This document shows positions 18,801 through 27,040 of a stretch of 42,236 nt of DNA, one piece after another; the first letter of the stretch is position 1, and each line of letters starts with the position of its first letter. Where the stretch lies: assembly GCA_030633185.1 (NCBI GenBank), contig DAOVTG010000002.1:1-42236 (forward strand). The letters run 5' to 3'. The notes beneath the pieces were generated by a model that saw only the letters and a list, made by a program, of their open reading frames with translations, was not told the origin of the DNA and searched no databases. Source of the DNA: Deltaproteobacteria bacterium (lineage in GTDB: Bacteria; Desulfobacterota; Anaeroferrophillalia; Anaeroferrophillales; Tharpellaceae). The position numbers and the translations under genes were made by a program.

Positions 18801-20381
18801 ATGAATTATGCCAACTATGCTTGTCTGCATGCTCGTCATCTGCCGGAAAAAGTTTGCTTGATTGAGCGAACCCCGGCGACCGGTGAACGGCGTACCTTAA
18901 CCTGGAAAGTCTTTAATCAATCAATTAACCGGGTTGCCAACTATTTGAAGAAGGAACTCGGAATCAAGCAGGGTGATTATGTCATGCACCTGCAGAACAA
19001 CAGCCTGGAATGGTTGGTCAGTTACTATGCCATCATCAAGCTTGGAGCCGTGGTAGTGCCGCTTAATTTTCGTTTTGTCGGAAATGATATCAAGTTTGCA
19101 GCCGAGGTTTCCAAGCCTAAGGCTTTCATCTTTGGTTCCGAGTTTCTCCCGGTTGTAGAACCGGTTCGTAAAGAGTTAACGACGGTCAAGGACTTTGTTT
19201 GTGTCGGAGAGAAGATTGGCGAGGGGATGATCGATTTTCGTGAGCTCGCGGCCTACGATGATATCTCGGAAGCCCTGGTCGAGGTTGAGGCTGAGGCTGA
19301 TCTGGCGATGATGTTTACCTCCGGAACTACAGGAAAGCCGAAACCGGTAAGTCACACCCATTTTTCTCTGAACAGTACCGCTATCGGTAACGGGATGAGT
19401 TATTTTGTCGAAAAAGACGACAATTACCTCTTCTTTTTGCCCCTCTACCATAGTGGTACGATGTTTCTCTGGGCTCCTTTCTATGCCACCGGAGCCACCG
19501 GGACAATTCTTCGGGATTTAAAGGATCCCAAATGGATTATTGAAGCGTTGGCCGAAGAGAAGGCTACCGATGTTCTCTTTGTCGTGCCCATCGCAGTAGC
19601 TATTCTTAACGCTATTGATAAGGGTGATATCAAACTTGAGGATTACGATCTTTCAGCCTGGAAATATATGGAGATCGGGGCTCAGCCGGTACCTTTTGAT
19701 GTCATGAAGCGGTTGGTCGAGATCTTGCCTTGTGGGGTTTCCAATATCTACGGTATTACTGAAGGCGGCGGGGGTGGTACTTTTAATCTCTATCCCGATG
19801 AAGTTCTGGAACGGCCCGGTTCCATCGGTAAACCGACTTTCGGGGTTGAAGCCCGGCTTGTCGATTTCGCCGGTAATGAGGTCGGCCCGGAGGAGGTTGG
19901 CGAGTTGACATTCAGGACTCCTCGGATGATGAAAGGCTATTTTGGTAACCCCGAGATGACGGCTGATTCATTAAAGGACGGCTGGCTCTATACTGGGGAT
20001 CTTTTAAAGACCGATGCCGATGGTTATTATTATATTGTTGATCGCAAGAAAGATATGATTACCAGTGGTGGTGAAAATATTTTTCCGGTGGAGATCGAAG
20101 ATGCCTTAATGGAACATCCCGATATTGATGATGTTGCTTGTATCGGGACGCCAGACGAGCGCCTGGTTGAAGCCGTGATGGCTATTATTCAGCTTAAAGA
20201 GGGACGAACCCTGACTGAAGAAGAGCTCCTTGATTTTGCCAAAACCAAGCTTGCAACCTATAAACTGCCTCGGGTTATCAAGTTTGATCAGGTCATGCGT
20301 AACCCGACCGGCAAACTCATGAAACCCCAGATGCGGGAGAAATACACCGGCCGTAAAGAGGCCTTCCAAAGCCTGGTTTAG
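18801..20381 (+). CDS. AMP-dependent acyl-CoA synthetase/ligase (substrate unknown)
   Basis: AMP-binding motifs MFTSGTTGKPK, YGITEGGG, GDLLKTDADGYYYIVDRKKDMI, and a C-terminal PTGKLMK. ATG 18801 is preferred over the track GTG 18792 because AGGAG lies 10 nt upstream of it. Confidence 0.85.
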   Translation: MNYANYACLHARHLPEKVCLIERTPATGERRTLTWKVFNQSINRVANYLKKELGIKQGDYVMHLQNNSLEWLVSYYAIIKLGAVVVPLNFRFVGNDIKFAAEVSKPKAFIFGSEFLPVVEPVRKELTTVKDFVCVGEKIGEGMIDFRELAAYDDISEALVEVEAEADLAMMFTSGTTGKPKPVSHTHFSLNSTAIGNGMSYFVEKDDNYLFFLPLYHSGTMFLWAPFYATGATGTILRDLKDPKWIIEALAEEKATDVLFVVPIAVAILNAIDKGDIKLEDYDLSAWKYMEIGAQPVPFDVMKRLVEILPCGVSNIYGITEGGGGGTFNLYPDEVLERPGSIGKPTFGVEARLVDFAGNEVGPEEVGELTFRTPRMMKGYFGNPEMTADSLKDGWLYTGDLLKTDADGYYYIVDRKKDMITSGGENIFPVEIEDALMEHPDIDDVACIGTPDERLVEAVMAIIQLKEGRTLTEEELLDFAKTKLATYKLPRVIKFDQVMRNPTGKLMKPQMREKYTGRKEAFQSLV

Positions 20382-20425
20382 TCAGGTTATCAGTAGATGT
20401 TGGCTGTTGACTATGATTAAAACAA

Positions 20426-20466
20426 AAAAGCAGAGAGTGCGTCCTCGCACTCTCTGCTTTTCTATT
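20426..20466. terminator. Bidirectional intrinsic terminator between convergent genes
   Basis: 13-bp GC-containing stem AGCAGAGAGTGCG (20429-20441) / CGCACTCTCTGCT (20446-20458) with loop TCCT. It is flanked by an A-run upstream and a T-run downstream, so a U-tract follows the hairpin on either strand. Confidence 0.75.
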
Positions 20467-20547
20467 CCGGGGACACCTTACTTAATTCTAAAGAATTAAG
20501 TAAGGTGTCCCCGGAATAGAAGCCCCGGAATAGAGCCCCGGGAATAG
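20462..20547. repeat. Perfect 28-bp-arm palindrome plus reiterated CCCCGG(G)AATAG motif
   Basis: 20462-20489 (CTATTCCGGGGACACCTTACTTAATTCT) is the exact reverse complement of 20492-20519. The motif CCCCGGAATAG then recurs at 20523-20533 and, as CCCCGGGAATAG, at 20536-20547. Confidence 0.85.
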
Positions 20548-20578
20548 AAAAGCCTCCACGCTGATCATTATCTTTCAT

Positions 20579-21913
20579 TTAGTGAGAGACCAGATTAAGG
20601 TCATCTTCAAAGGAGAACTCCGGGTCGGTGTTTGCGGTGTGGCAGATGGTGCAGGTTGAAGCTTCGATTTTCAGGCCATAAGGGAGTTCTGGTTCCTTGA
20701 TATGTTCCTCGGCCGGGCCGTGGCACTCTTCGCACTGGATGTTAAAGAGGTCAGGGGTCGCTGATGGTGAACGAAAACCTTGTTTGTCGTGTTCCCGGCT
20801 GCCGGTGACGTGGCAGGGCAGGCAGTCAGGGCAGAAGTCTTTGCACTTTTTCTGGAGGCTGGCGTAGGCCCGGGCATGTCCGGTGTTTTTCCATGAGGCC
20901 GAGATCTTGGGATGGCAGGTAGTGCAGGTATGGATGCTGACATAGGGGACTTTAGCCGTCAGATCAGTCACAGTTCGCTCTTTGCTTTTTTCCACTTCAA
21001 CATAGTGCTGTCGCAGCCAAAGTTCATGGTCGCTGACTAGATTGGCAATCTTCTGATCGGCTTTATAGAGCTCTTTCTTGACCTTGACGATTTTGGCATT
21101 GGTTGGGGCTTTGGCCGTAAAATCCCAATCCAGGTAGCCGATGGTTTTGCCGTGGTTGTTATTTTTGACCAGCCAGCAGCCGTTGATAAGTTCACTCTCT
21201 TTCATTGTGCCTCGCTGGGTGCCCAGGATCGCGACATCGAGGCCGCTAATCCGGCGGATGAGACGGCGGGCCTTGGTATCGGAAAAATGGAGAACTGCAA
21301 CGGCCAGGTCGTGCGGCGTCTCAAGAATTTTTTTCAGAGTTGAAAGCGGGTCTTTGATTTGCAGGCCGTGAATCGCTTTTTTCTCAAGATCCGGATCGAT
21401 GATTGCGGTAATCAGCACCTTCTTATTATTGATGGTAAAAACTTTGTGGGTTTCGAATCCCGGGATCGGCAGCCCGTCCAAGTTGCCGCAAAGGATGGTA
21501 CTATTGGGGGCATTCTTTTTTAGCGAGCTCATCATCTGGCGTCCGTAAATCAGCTCTTGAGCACCCGGGGTGAAGATCTCAGTGCCGATAAGTTCATAGC
21601 CTTCAAGGGCGGTTTTGAGAGCTTGGCGTTTAACCTCGAAGTCATTTTTAGAGGTTCTTTTGGTCAGGTTGCCACAGTTGATAAACAGGCTCTTTCCCGG
21701 GTCGGCATCGCGGCGCAGAATATCAATGGCTGTTTTCTGACGGGCCAGACCGCCCGCCTGTTTTTTGTGTCAACCGCAGAGTTTGACATAGCCGGAGAGA
21801 GAGCCTATATAGATGAGGCGAAAATCAGACCCCTCAGCCCGGCAGCCGGCGGGGAAAAGCAGGTTGAGGGAAAAGCCGATAAAGGTGAAAAACAGCAAGA
21901 AAACTTTTGTCAT
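20579..21913 (-). CDS. Candidate selenoprotein: lipoprotein-type signal peptide, degenerate 5'-nucleotidase/metallophosphoesterase-like domain with Cys-Gly-Sec, and a C-terminal tetrahaem cytochrome c (in-frame TGA at 21770-21772 read as Sec, codon 48)
   Basis: The track ORF 20579..21535 carries four CXXCH motifs (CTTCH, CLPCH, CEECH, CTICH) but has no signal peptide or SD. The same frame stays open upstream to ATG 21911-21913 (AAGGA 7 nt upstream), apart from one TGA. The extension reads MTKVFLLFFTFIGFSLNLLFPAGCRAEGSDFRLIYIGSLSGYVKLCG-U-HKKQAGGLARQKTAIDILRRDADPGKSLFINCGNL... A SECIS-like hairpin follows the TGA. Confidence 0.6.
21739..21758 (-). promoter_or_regulatory. SECIS-like hairpin 11 nt downstream of the in-frame UGA
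   Basis: The mRNA reads UGA-CACAAAAAACA-GGCGGGC-GGUCUG-GCCCGUC: a 7-bp stem (six Watson-Crick pairs plus one G.U) and a 6-nt loop containing GGU. Spacing and loop resemble the E. coli fdhF SECIS as I recall it (UGA, 11 nt, then GGUUGCAGGUCUGCACC). Confidence 0.55.
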
Positions 21914-22037
21914 TTCCGGTTCCTTAATTATTAATGGTAATTTCGAATTGTCTAATCCTAACCGAATGGCTCAGGTTTATCAAGAAAATTTTTATTTTGT
22001 TTTTAAAACTATCAAAAGGTGATGCATTCGTAAAAAG

Positions 22038-22175
22038 TTTTGGGATGGCTAAGTAAAAATTTCGATAGACAAGATGTTGAGGTTTTCCAGGCTCGAGACC
22101 ATACATGTAGTATGTCGAGTGTCTGGGAAACCTCAACAACGCAGGATATCGGAACTTTTTACTTAGCCATCAAAA
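22038..22175 (+). repeat. Roughly 130-nt extended imperfect hairpin/palindrome immediately upstream of uvrA
   Basis: GATGGCTAAGTAAAAA (22044-22059) pairs with TTTTTACTTAGCCATC (22156-22171). TTTCGATA (22060-22067) pairs with TATCGGAA (22147-22154). GTTGAGGTTTTCCAG (22076-22090) pairs with CTGGGAAACCTCAAC (22123-22137) with one G.U. The apical hairpin is CATAC/GTATG (22100-22114). It ends about 10 nt before the uvrA GTG. Confidence 0.7.
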
Positions 22176-22184
22176 TGGTGACTT

Positions 22185-24992
22185 GTGGAAGAGATTGTTA
22201 TCAAAGGTGCCCGGGAACATAATTTAAAAGATATCAGCCTGGTTATTCCTCGGCGGCGGTTTGTGGTTATCACCGGCTTGAGTGGTTCAGGTAAATCATC
22301 GCTGGCTTTTGATACGATCTATGCTGAAGGGCAAAGACGCTATGTTGAGTCATTGTCAGCCTATGCCCGGCAGTTTCTGCAGCTCATGGAAAAACCTGAT
22401 GTCGATGAGATTTCGGGACTCTCGCCAGCGATTTCGATCGAGCAGAAAAAAGTTTCTCATAATCCTCGTTCAACCGTGGGGACGGTAACCGAAATCTATG
22501 ATTATCTGCGCCTGCTCTATGCTCGGGTCGGGGTGGCTCACTGTGTTCAATGCGGTAAGCCGATCACCTCACAGACGGTCGACCAGATAGCCGATGTCGT
22601 TGAAAAAATGCCGGTCGGAACCAAACTGATGATTATGGCTCCGCTCGTGCGTCGTCGTAAAGGGGAGTATCGCAAACTTTTCAGCGATTTGCAGAGTCAG
22701 GGTTTTTTACGCATTGAGGTAGATGGCGAGGTTTATCGTCTTGACTCTCCACCACTTCTCGATCGCCAGTCTTACCATGATATTTTATTGGTGGTCGACC
22801 GTCTGGTCGTCAATTTAGAAGGTCGCGGTCGTCTGGTTGATTCGCTGGAGCTGGCCCTCGACAAGGCTGATGATCTGGTGGCGGTGCAAGTCGTAAACGG
22901 AGAGCGCCTGCTCTATTCCCGGCGTCTGGCTTGTAGTGATTGTGGGATCAGTGTGGCCGAGGTTTCACCACGGCTTTTTTCATTTAATAATCCACATGGT
23001 GCCTGTTTAGAATGTGGTGGCCTGGGACGTGATCAGGTTTTTGATGTCGATCTGATTGTTCCCGATCCTTCTTTAAGTCTTGCCGAGGGAGCCCTTGCCC
23101 CCTGGCGTAAATCACTCTCCTTTTATCGTAGTGAGGTTTTAGAGCCGCTTTCTCGTCATTACGGCTTCTCGTTGACGGTTTCTTTTGCTAAGCTTTCAAA
23201 AAAGGTTAAGAAGATAGTTATGTTTGGGTCAGGGCGGGAGAAAATTCCCGACCTGTTATCCGATGGACGATATCATAAAGCTTCAGAGAGAAAATTTGAG
23301 GGGGTTATTCCTGGTTTGAAAAGGCGATATGAGAAGGCCGAAGGTGAGAACGACAGTGAATTACTGCGCTATCTCTCCCCCGAACCATGTTCTCTGTGTC
23401 ACGGCAGCCGCTTGAATCAAGAGAGTTTGCAGGTTAAGGTGGCGGGCTTAAATATTTATGAATTAACCAGTTATTCATTGCCCTTAACCATGGAATTTTT
23501 AACTAATCTTGTGCTGCCCCCAGCCCAACAGGAGATTGCCCGGAGAATCCTTAGTGAACTGGTTGTGCGCTTGCAGTTTCTGATTGATGTCGGCCTTGAC
23601 TATTTGACTCTGGCGCGGGCCAGTGCCACACTTTCCGGTGGGGAATCTCAGCGTATCCGGCTGGCGACCCAGATTGGTTCGGGTCTGACCGGGGTTTTGT
23701 ATGTTCTTGATGAACCCAGTATCGGTCTTCATCAGCGCGATAATCGACGTCTGCTTAAGGCTTTGCTGAAATTGCGCGATTTGGGCAACTCGCTGCTGGT
23801 TGTCGAGCATGATCAGGAGACGATTATGGCAGCCGATCAGGTTATTGATATGGGGCCCGGAGCCGGGCGTTTGGGTGGAGAGGTTGTGGCCCAGGGAACG
23901 CCGGAGGAGATTGCCGCTGGTGATTCGCTGACCGGACTTTATCTTTCAGGGCGAAAAAAAATAGAGATCCCTGAGCGGCGGCCTGTGGATTGGCAGCGGT
24001 GCGTTACTCTTAAAGGGGTATCACAACACAATCTCAAGAGTATTGATGTCGATTTTCCTCTTGGTCTACTGGTTTGCGTGACCGGAGTTTCAGGCTCCGG
24101 GAAAAGCAGTTTGATTAACGAAACCCTCTATCCGGCACTGCATAATCATCTCTACAGCGATCGTTATCCGGTCGGGTCTTTTCAGGAAATCAGGGGCCTC
24201 GACCAGCTCGATAAAGCAATTAATATCGACCAGAGTCCGATCGGTCGGACGCCGCGTTCCAATCCGGCCACCTACACTGGTGTTTTTACGCCGATTCGTG
24301 AGCTCTTTGCAGGTCTGCCGGAGGCCCGAATACGGGGTTATAAGCCGGGCCGTTTTAGTTTTAATGTCAAGGGCGGTCGTTGTGAAGCCTGCAAGGGAGA
24401 TGGTTTTACCAGGGTCGAGATGCATTTTCTGCCTGATATCTTTGTCAAGTGTGACTCCTGCGGCGGCCGCCGTTTTACCCGTGAGGTTCTGGAGGTTCGC
24501 TATAAAGGGTCGAATATTGCGGAAGTTTTAGCTATGACGATTAATCAGGCGGCTGAATTTTTTGCAGCGATTCCCCGGGTGATCGGTAAACTGGAGGTTT
24601 TAAAGGATGTTGGCCTTGGTTATATGACCTTAGGTCAGGCGGCGGTGACCCTCTCCGGGGGCGAGGCGCAACGGGTGAAATTGGCTCGTGAACTGGCTAA
24701 GCGGGCCACCGGGCGAACTCTTTTTCTCCTTGATGAGCCGACTACCGGGCTCCATTTTCATGATGTGAAACAACTGCTCAAGGTCTTACAGAGGTTGGTG
24801 GGCGAGGGTAACTCGGTGATTATTATCGAACATAATCTCGACATTATCAAGGCGGCTGACTATCTGATCGATTTAGGCCCGGACGGCGGGGTTGGCGGCG
24901 GCCGTCTGGTCGCCTGCGGCCCTCCGGAAGCGGTGGCGAAAGTCAAAGAATCAGCCACCGGCCAATGTCTGCGAGAGGTATTGCAGGGTTAG
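22185..24992 (+). CDS. uvrA: Excinuclease ABC subunit UvrA
   Basis: 935 aa. GTG start; the N-terminus MEEIVIKGAREHNLKDISL aligns with the canonical UvrA start MDKIEVRGARTHNLKNI. Two ABC modules (GLSGSGKSSL, GVSGSGKSSL), LSGGE signatures and zinc-finger Cys pairs. Confidence 0.95.
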   Translation: MEEIVIKGAREHNLKDISLVIPRRRFVVITGLSGSGKSSLAFDTIYAEGQRRYVESLSAYARQFLQLMEKPDVDEISGLSPAISIEQKKVSHNPRSTVGTVTEIYDYLRLLYARVGVAHCVQCGKPITSQTVDQIADVVEKMPVGTKLMIMAPLVRRRKGEYRKLFSDLQSQGFLRIEVDGEVYRLDSPPLLDRQSYHDILLVVDRLVVNLEGRGRLVDSLELALDKADDLVAVQVVNGERLLYSRRLACSDCGISVAEVSPRLFSFNNPHGACLECGGLGRDQVFDVDLIVPDPSLSLAEGALAPWRKSLSFYRSEVLEPLSRHYGFSLTVSFAKLSKKVKKIVMFGSGREKIPDLLSDGRYHKASERKFEGVIPGLKRRYEKAEGENDSELLRYLSPEPCSLCHGSRLNQESLQVKVAGLNIYELTSYSLPLTMEFLTNLVLPPAQQEIARRILSELVVRLQFLIDVGLDYLTLARASATLSGGESQRIRLATQIGSGLTGVLYVLDEPSIGLHQRDNRRLLKALLKLRDLGNSLLVVEHDQETIMAADQVIDMGPGAGRLGGEVVAQGTPEEIAAGDSLTGLYLSGRKKIEIPERRPVDWQRCVTLKGVSQHNLKSIDVDFPLGLLVCVTGVSGSGKSSLINETLYPALHNHLYSDRYPVGSFQEIRGLDQLDKAINIDQSPIGRTPRSNPATYTGVFTPIRELFAGLPEARIRGYKPGRFSFNVKGGRCEACKGDGFTRVEMHFLPDIFVKCDSCGGRRFTREVLEVRYKGSNIAEVLAMTINQAAEFFAAIPRVIGKLEVLKDVGLGYMTLGQAAVTLSGGEAQRVKLARELAKRATGRTLFLLDEPTTGLHFHDVKQLLKVLQRLVGEGNSVIIIEHNLDIIKAADYLIDLGPDGGVGGGRLVACGPPEAVAKVKESATGQCLREVLQG

Positions 24993-24995
24993 ATG

Positions 24996-25637
24996 TCAGC
25001 GTTTTTTTTGGGTCAGGAGATAAGCTAGATTGTCAAGTTCACTGGTGATGGAGACGTTGCGCAGGGTGATTGTTTCAGGTACCTTGACTTTGAACGGGGC
25101 AAAGTTGAGCAGGCCTTTGATGCCGCCGGCGACAAGTTTATCAGTCACTTCCTGGGCAAAATCGGCCGGAGTGGTGATGATGCCAATGATAATTTTTTCT
25201 TTTTTTACGGTGTTTTCAATCTCGGTTGTTGGCAAAATGGTTACGCCATTGCTGAGTTCATTGCCGATTTTGTTTTCATCGCTGTCAAACGCGGCGATGA
25301 TGCGAAAGCCATGTTTGCGGAAAAAAGCGAAATTGAGCAGGGCTTGTCCCATTTTTCCGACTCCGACCACCGTAGTCGGCCAATTGTGATTAAGGCCCAA
25401 GATCTCCTTGATCTCACCCTCCAGCTTTTTCGTGTCATAACCGACCCCACGTACTCCGAATTCGCCAAAATAAGAGAGGTCTTTACGGATCTGGGCCGGA
25501 CTTACCTGGCATGATTCGCCCAGCATTTCTGAAGAGGTTACCTGATTGTTCTCGGCTCCAAGTCTCTCTAAGCAGTTGATATATGTGGAGAGGCGTTTGA
25601 TGGTAGCCTCTGGAATTTTACTCTCTTTGGTCTTCAT
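24996..25637 (-). CDS. rex: Redox-sensing transcriptional repressor Rex
   Basis: 213 aa. N-terminal winged helix IPEATIKRLSTYINCLERL..SSE.L, then the Rossmann motif VVGVGKMGQALL. Confidence 0.9.
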   Translation of the reverse strand: MKTKESKIPEATIKRLSTYINCLERLGAENNQVTSSEMLGESCQVSPAQIRKDLSYFGEFGVRGVGYDTKKLEGEIKEILGLNHNWPTTVVGVGKMGQALLNFAFFRKHGFRIIAAFDSDENKIGNELSNGVTILPTTEIENTVKKEKIIIGIITTPADFAQEVTDKLVAGGIKGLLNFAPFKVKVPETITLRNVSITSELDNLAYLLTQKKR

Positions 25638-25702
25638 TTTTTGCCTTTTTCCGTCTAAAAAAGATTATCGAATATATCATTATACATGTATGAATTACGA
25701 TT

Positions 25703-25720
25703 CTGTGAGAGCTATCACAT
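25703..25720. promoter_or_regulatory. TGTGA-N6-TCACA palindrome (Rex-box-like; also fits the CRP/FNR-type half-site geometry)
   Basis: CTGTGAGAGCTATCACAT, with TGTGA at 25704-25708 and TCACA at 25715-25719. It lies in the AT-rich divergent rex/proB intergenic region, about 65-85 bp upstream of the rex start. Confidence 0.5.
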
Positions 25721-25852
25721 TGTCGAAGTTGATTCAAGTGAAATTTTTTCTTTATGAGTTTTTGTCTCTATCAATAAGATATTTTTTGACAATTATACCT
25801 TTTTACACTAGGTTCGCTGGGTAAATATTGATGGTTTTGTGCACAGTCCAGG

Positions 25853-26983
25853 ATGATGAAAAATATACGCTGTAAAAATCTTGAGCATGTAAAGTTGGTG
25901 GTCGTCAAGCTCGGCAGTGCCGTGTTGACCGATAATGGGCATCTGAACGCCTCTTTTTTTACCCGTTTTGCCGGTGAAATCGCCCAACTGCGGCGTCATG
26001 GTTATAGTTTTATCGTGGTTACATCAGGAGCCGTTGCTGCCGGTCTTGAGGCTTTGGGTTTTACGTCTCCACCGTTGACTATTCCGGAAAAACAGGCTTG
26101 TGCAGCAGTCGGACAGCTGCGTTTGATGCGCAAGTATGAACAGGAGTTTGCTGCTCATGATCAAGTTGTGGCCCAAGTATTATTAACCGCGGATGACATT
26201 CGCAACCGGCGTCGTTATCTTAACGCCCGTAACACTTTAAGAGCGTTGCTTGGGGCTGATATTTTACCTCTGGTTAATGAAAATGATACCGTCGTCGTGC
26301 GGGAGATAAAATTTGGTGACAACGACAATCTGGCGGCCCTTCTGACTTCACTGGCCGAAGTCGATCTTTTATTGCTGTTGACCGATCTCGACGGGGTCTA
26401 TAATTGTGATCCCAAAGTGGTGAGTGGAGCCTCGTTGATACCTTTGATTGACGAAGTTGATGCTGAGGTTACAGCTTTTGCCTGTACCTCCAAGAGTGCA
26501 GTTGGGAGCGGTGGTATGCTCAGTAAACTGGAAGCGGCTCGCAAAGCCGCAGCTTACGGAATCCCGACGGTTATTGCCAATGGTCGGCGACCCGGGGTTA
26601 TGAGCCGTGTTCTGGCCGGTGAGGACGAAGGTACCATTTTTCTACCGCGAGCCAATCGTTTGAGTTGTCGTCAACACTGGCTCGCTTTTGCCGTCAAACC
26701 CCGGGGCAGTCTTTACCTCGACAAAGGAGCCGTCAGGGCTCTGATTGAGCGCGGTACAAGTTTGCTGCCAGCAGGGATCTTCCGGGTCGAAGGCGATTTT
26801 GGGGTCGGGGAACCGGTCTCTTGTCGTGATCTCGAAGGGGCCGAGATCGCTCGCGGACTGGTCACTTACAGCTCTTCAGATATTAAAAAGATCGCCGGTC
26901 TTCACTCTCGGGAAATAACCAGCCGCTTAGGCTATGATGCCGGAGCCGAGGTTATTCATCGAGATAATTTAGCACTTTTGTGA
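25853..26983 (+). CDS. proB: Glutamate 5-kinase
   Basis: 376 aa. VVKLGSAVLT N-terminus, the amino-acid kinase fold motif FGDNDNLAA, and a C-terminal PUA domain. Confidence 0.92.
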   Translation: MMKNIRCKNLEHVKLVVVKLGSAVLTDNGHLNASFFTRFAGEIAQLRRHGYSFIVVTSGAVAAGLEALGFTSPPLTIPEKQACAAVGQLRLMRKYEQEFAAHDQVVAQVLLTADDIRNRRRYLNARNTLRALLGADILPLVNENDTVVVREIKFGDNDNLAALLTSLAEVDLLLLLTDLDGVYNCDPKVVSGASLIPLIDEVDAEVTAFACTSKSAVGSGGMLSKLEAARKAAAYGIPTVIANGRRPGVMSRVLAGEDEGTIFLPRANRLSCRQHWLAFAVKPRGSLYLDKGAVRALIERGTSLLPAGIFRVEGDFGVGEPVSCRDLEGAEIARGLVTYSSSDIKKIAGLHSREITSRLGYDAGAEVIHRDNLALL

Positions 26984-27040
26984 GTTATTGTCTGGTGTGA
27001 AAAGGGGTGGTTAAAGTTTTTAAAGGTGAGAGAAGAAATT

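Noticed and set aside
20508-20547. Reiterated CCCCGGAATAG units as a possible mini-CRISPR
   Set aside because: The units are only 11-12 nt and separated by 2-3 nt, so there are no spacers. There are no cas genes.
20579-21535. Taking the track ORF (318 aa, starting MMSSLKK) as the complete cytochrome gene, or calling the locus a nonsense-mutated pseudogene
   Set aside because: This is not fully excluded but is disfavoured. The short form lacks a ribosome-binding site and any export signal needed for haem attachment. The single TGA is followed by a hairpin with SECIS-like spacing and loop. Homologue alignment and a check for the sel genes would settle it.
21557-21934. 125-aa + strand ORF opposite the cytochrome N-terminal extension
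   Set aside because: The minus strand there has a ribosome-binding site, a signal peptide and 5'-nucleotidase-like motif order, and it is in frame with the haem domain. The + strand ORF has none of these.
22038-22175. The long hairpin upstream of uvrA as a 6S RNA gene
   Set aside because: At about 130 nt it is shorter than typical 6S RNAs (about 180 nt). Its largest internal loop (8x9 nt) is small for a promoter-mimicking central bubble. I kept it as an unexplained structure instead.
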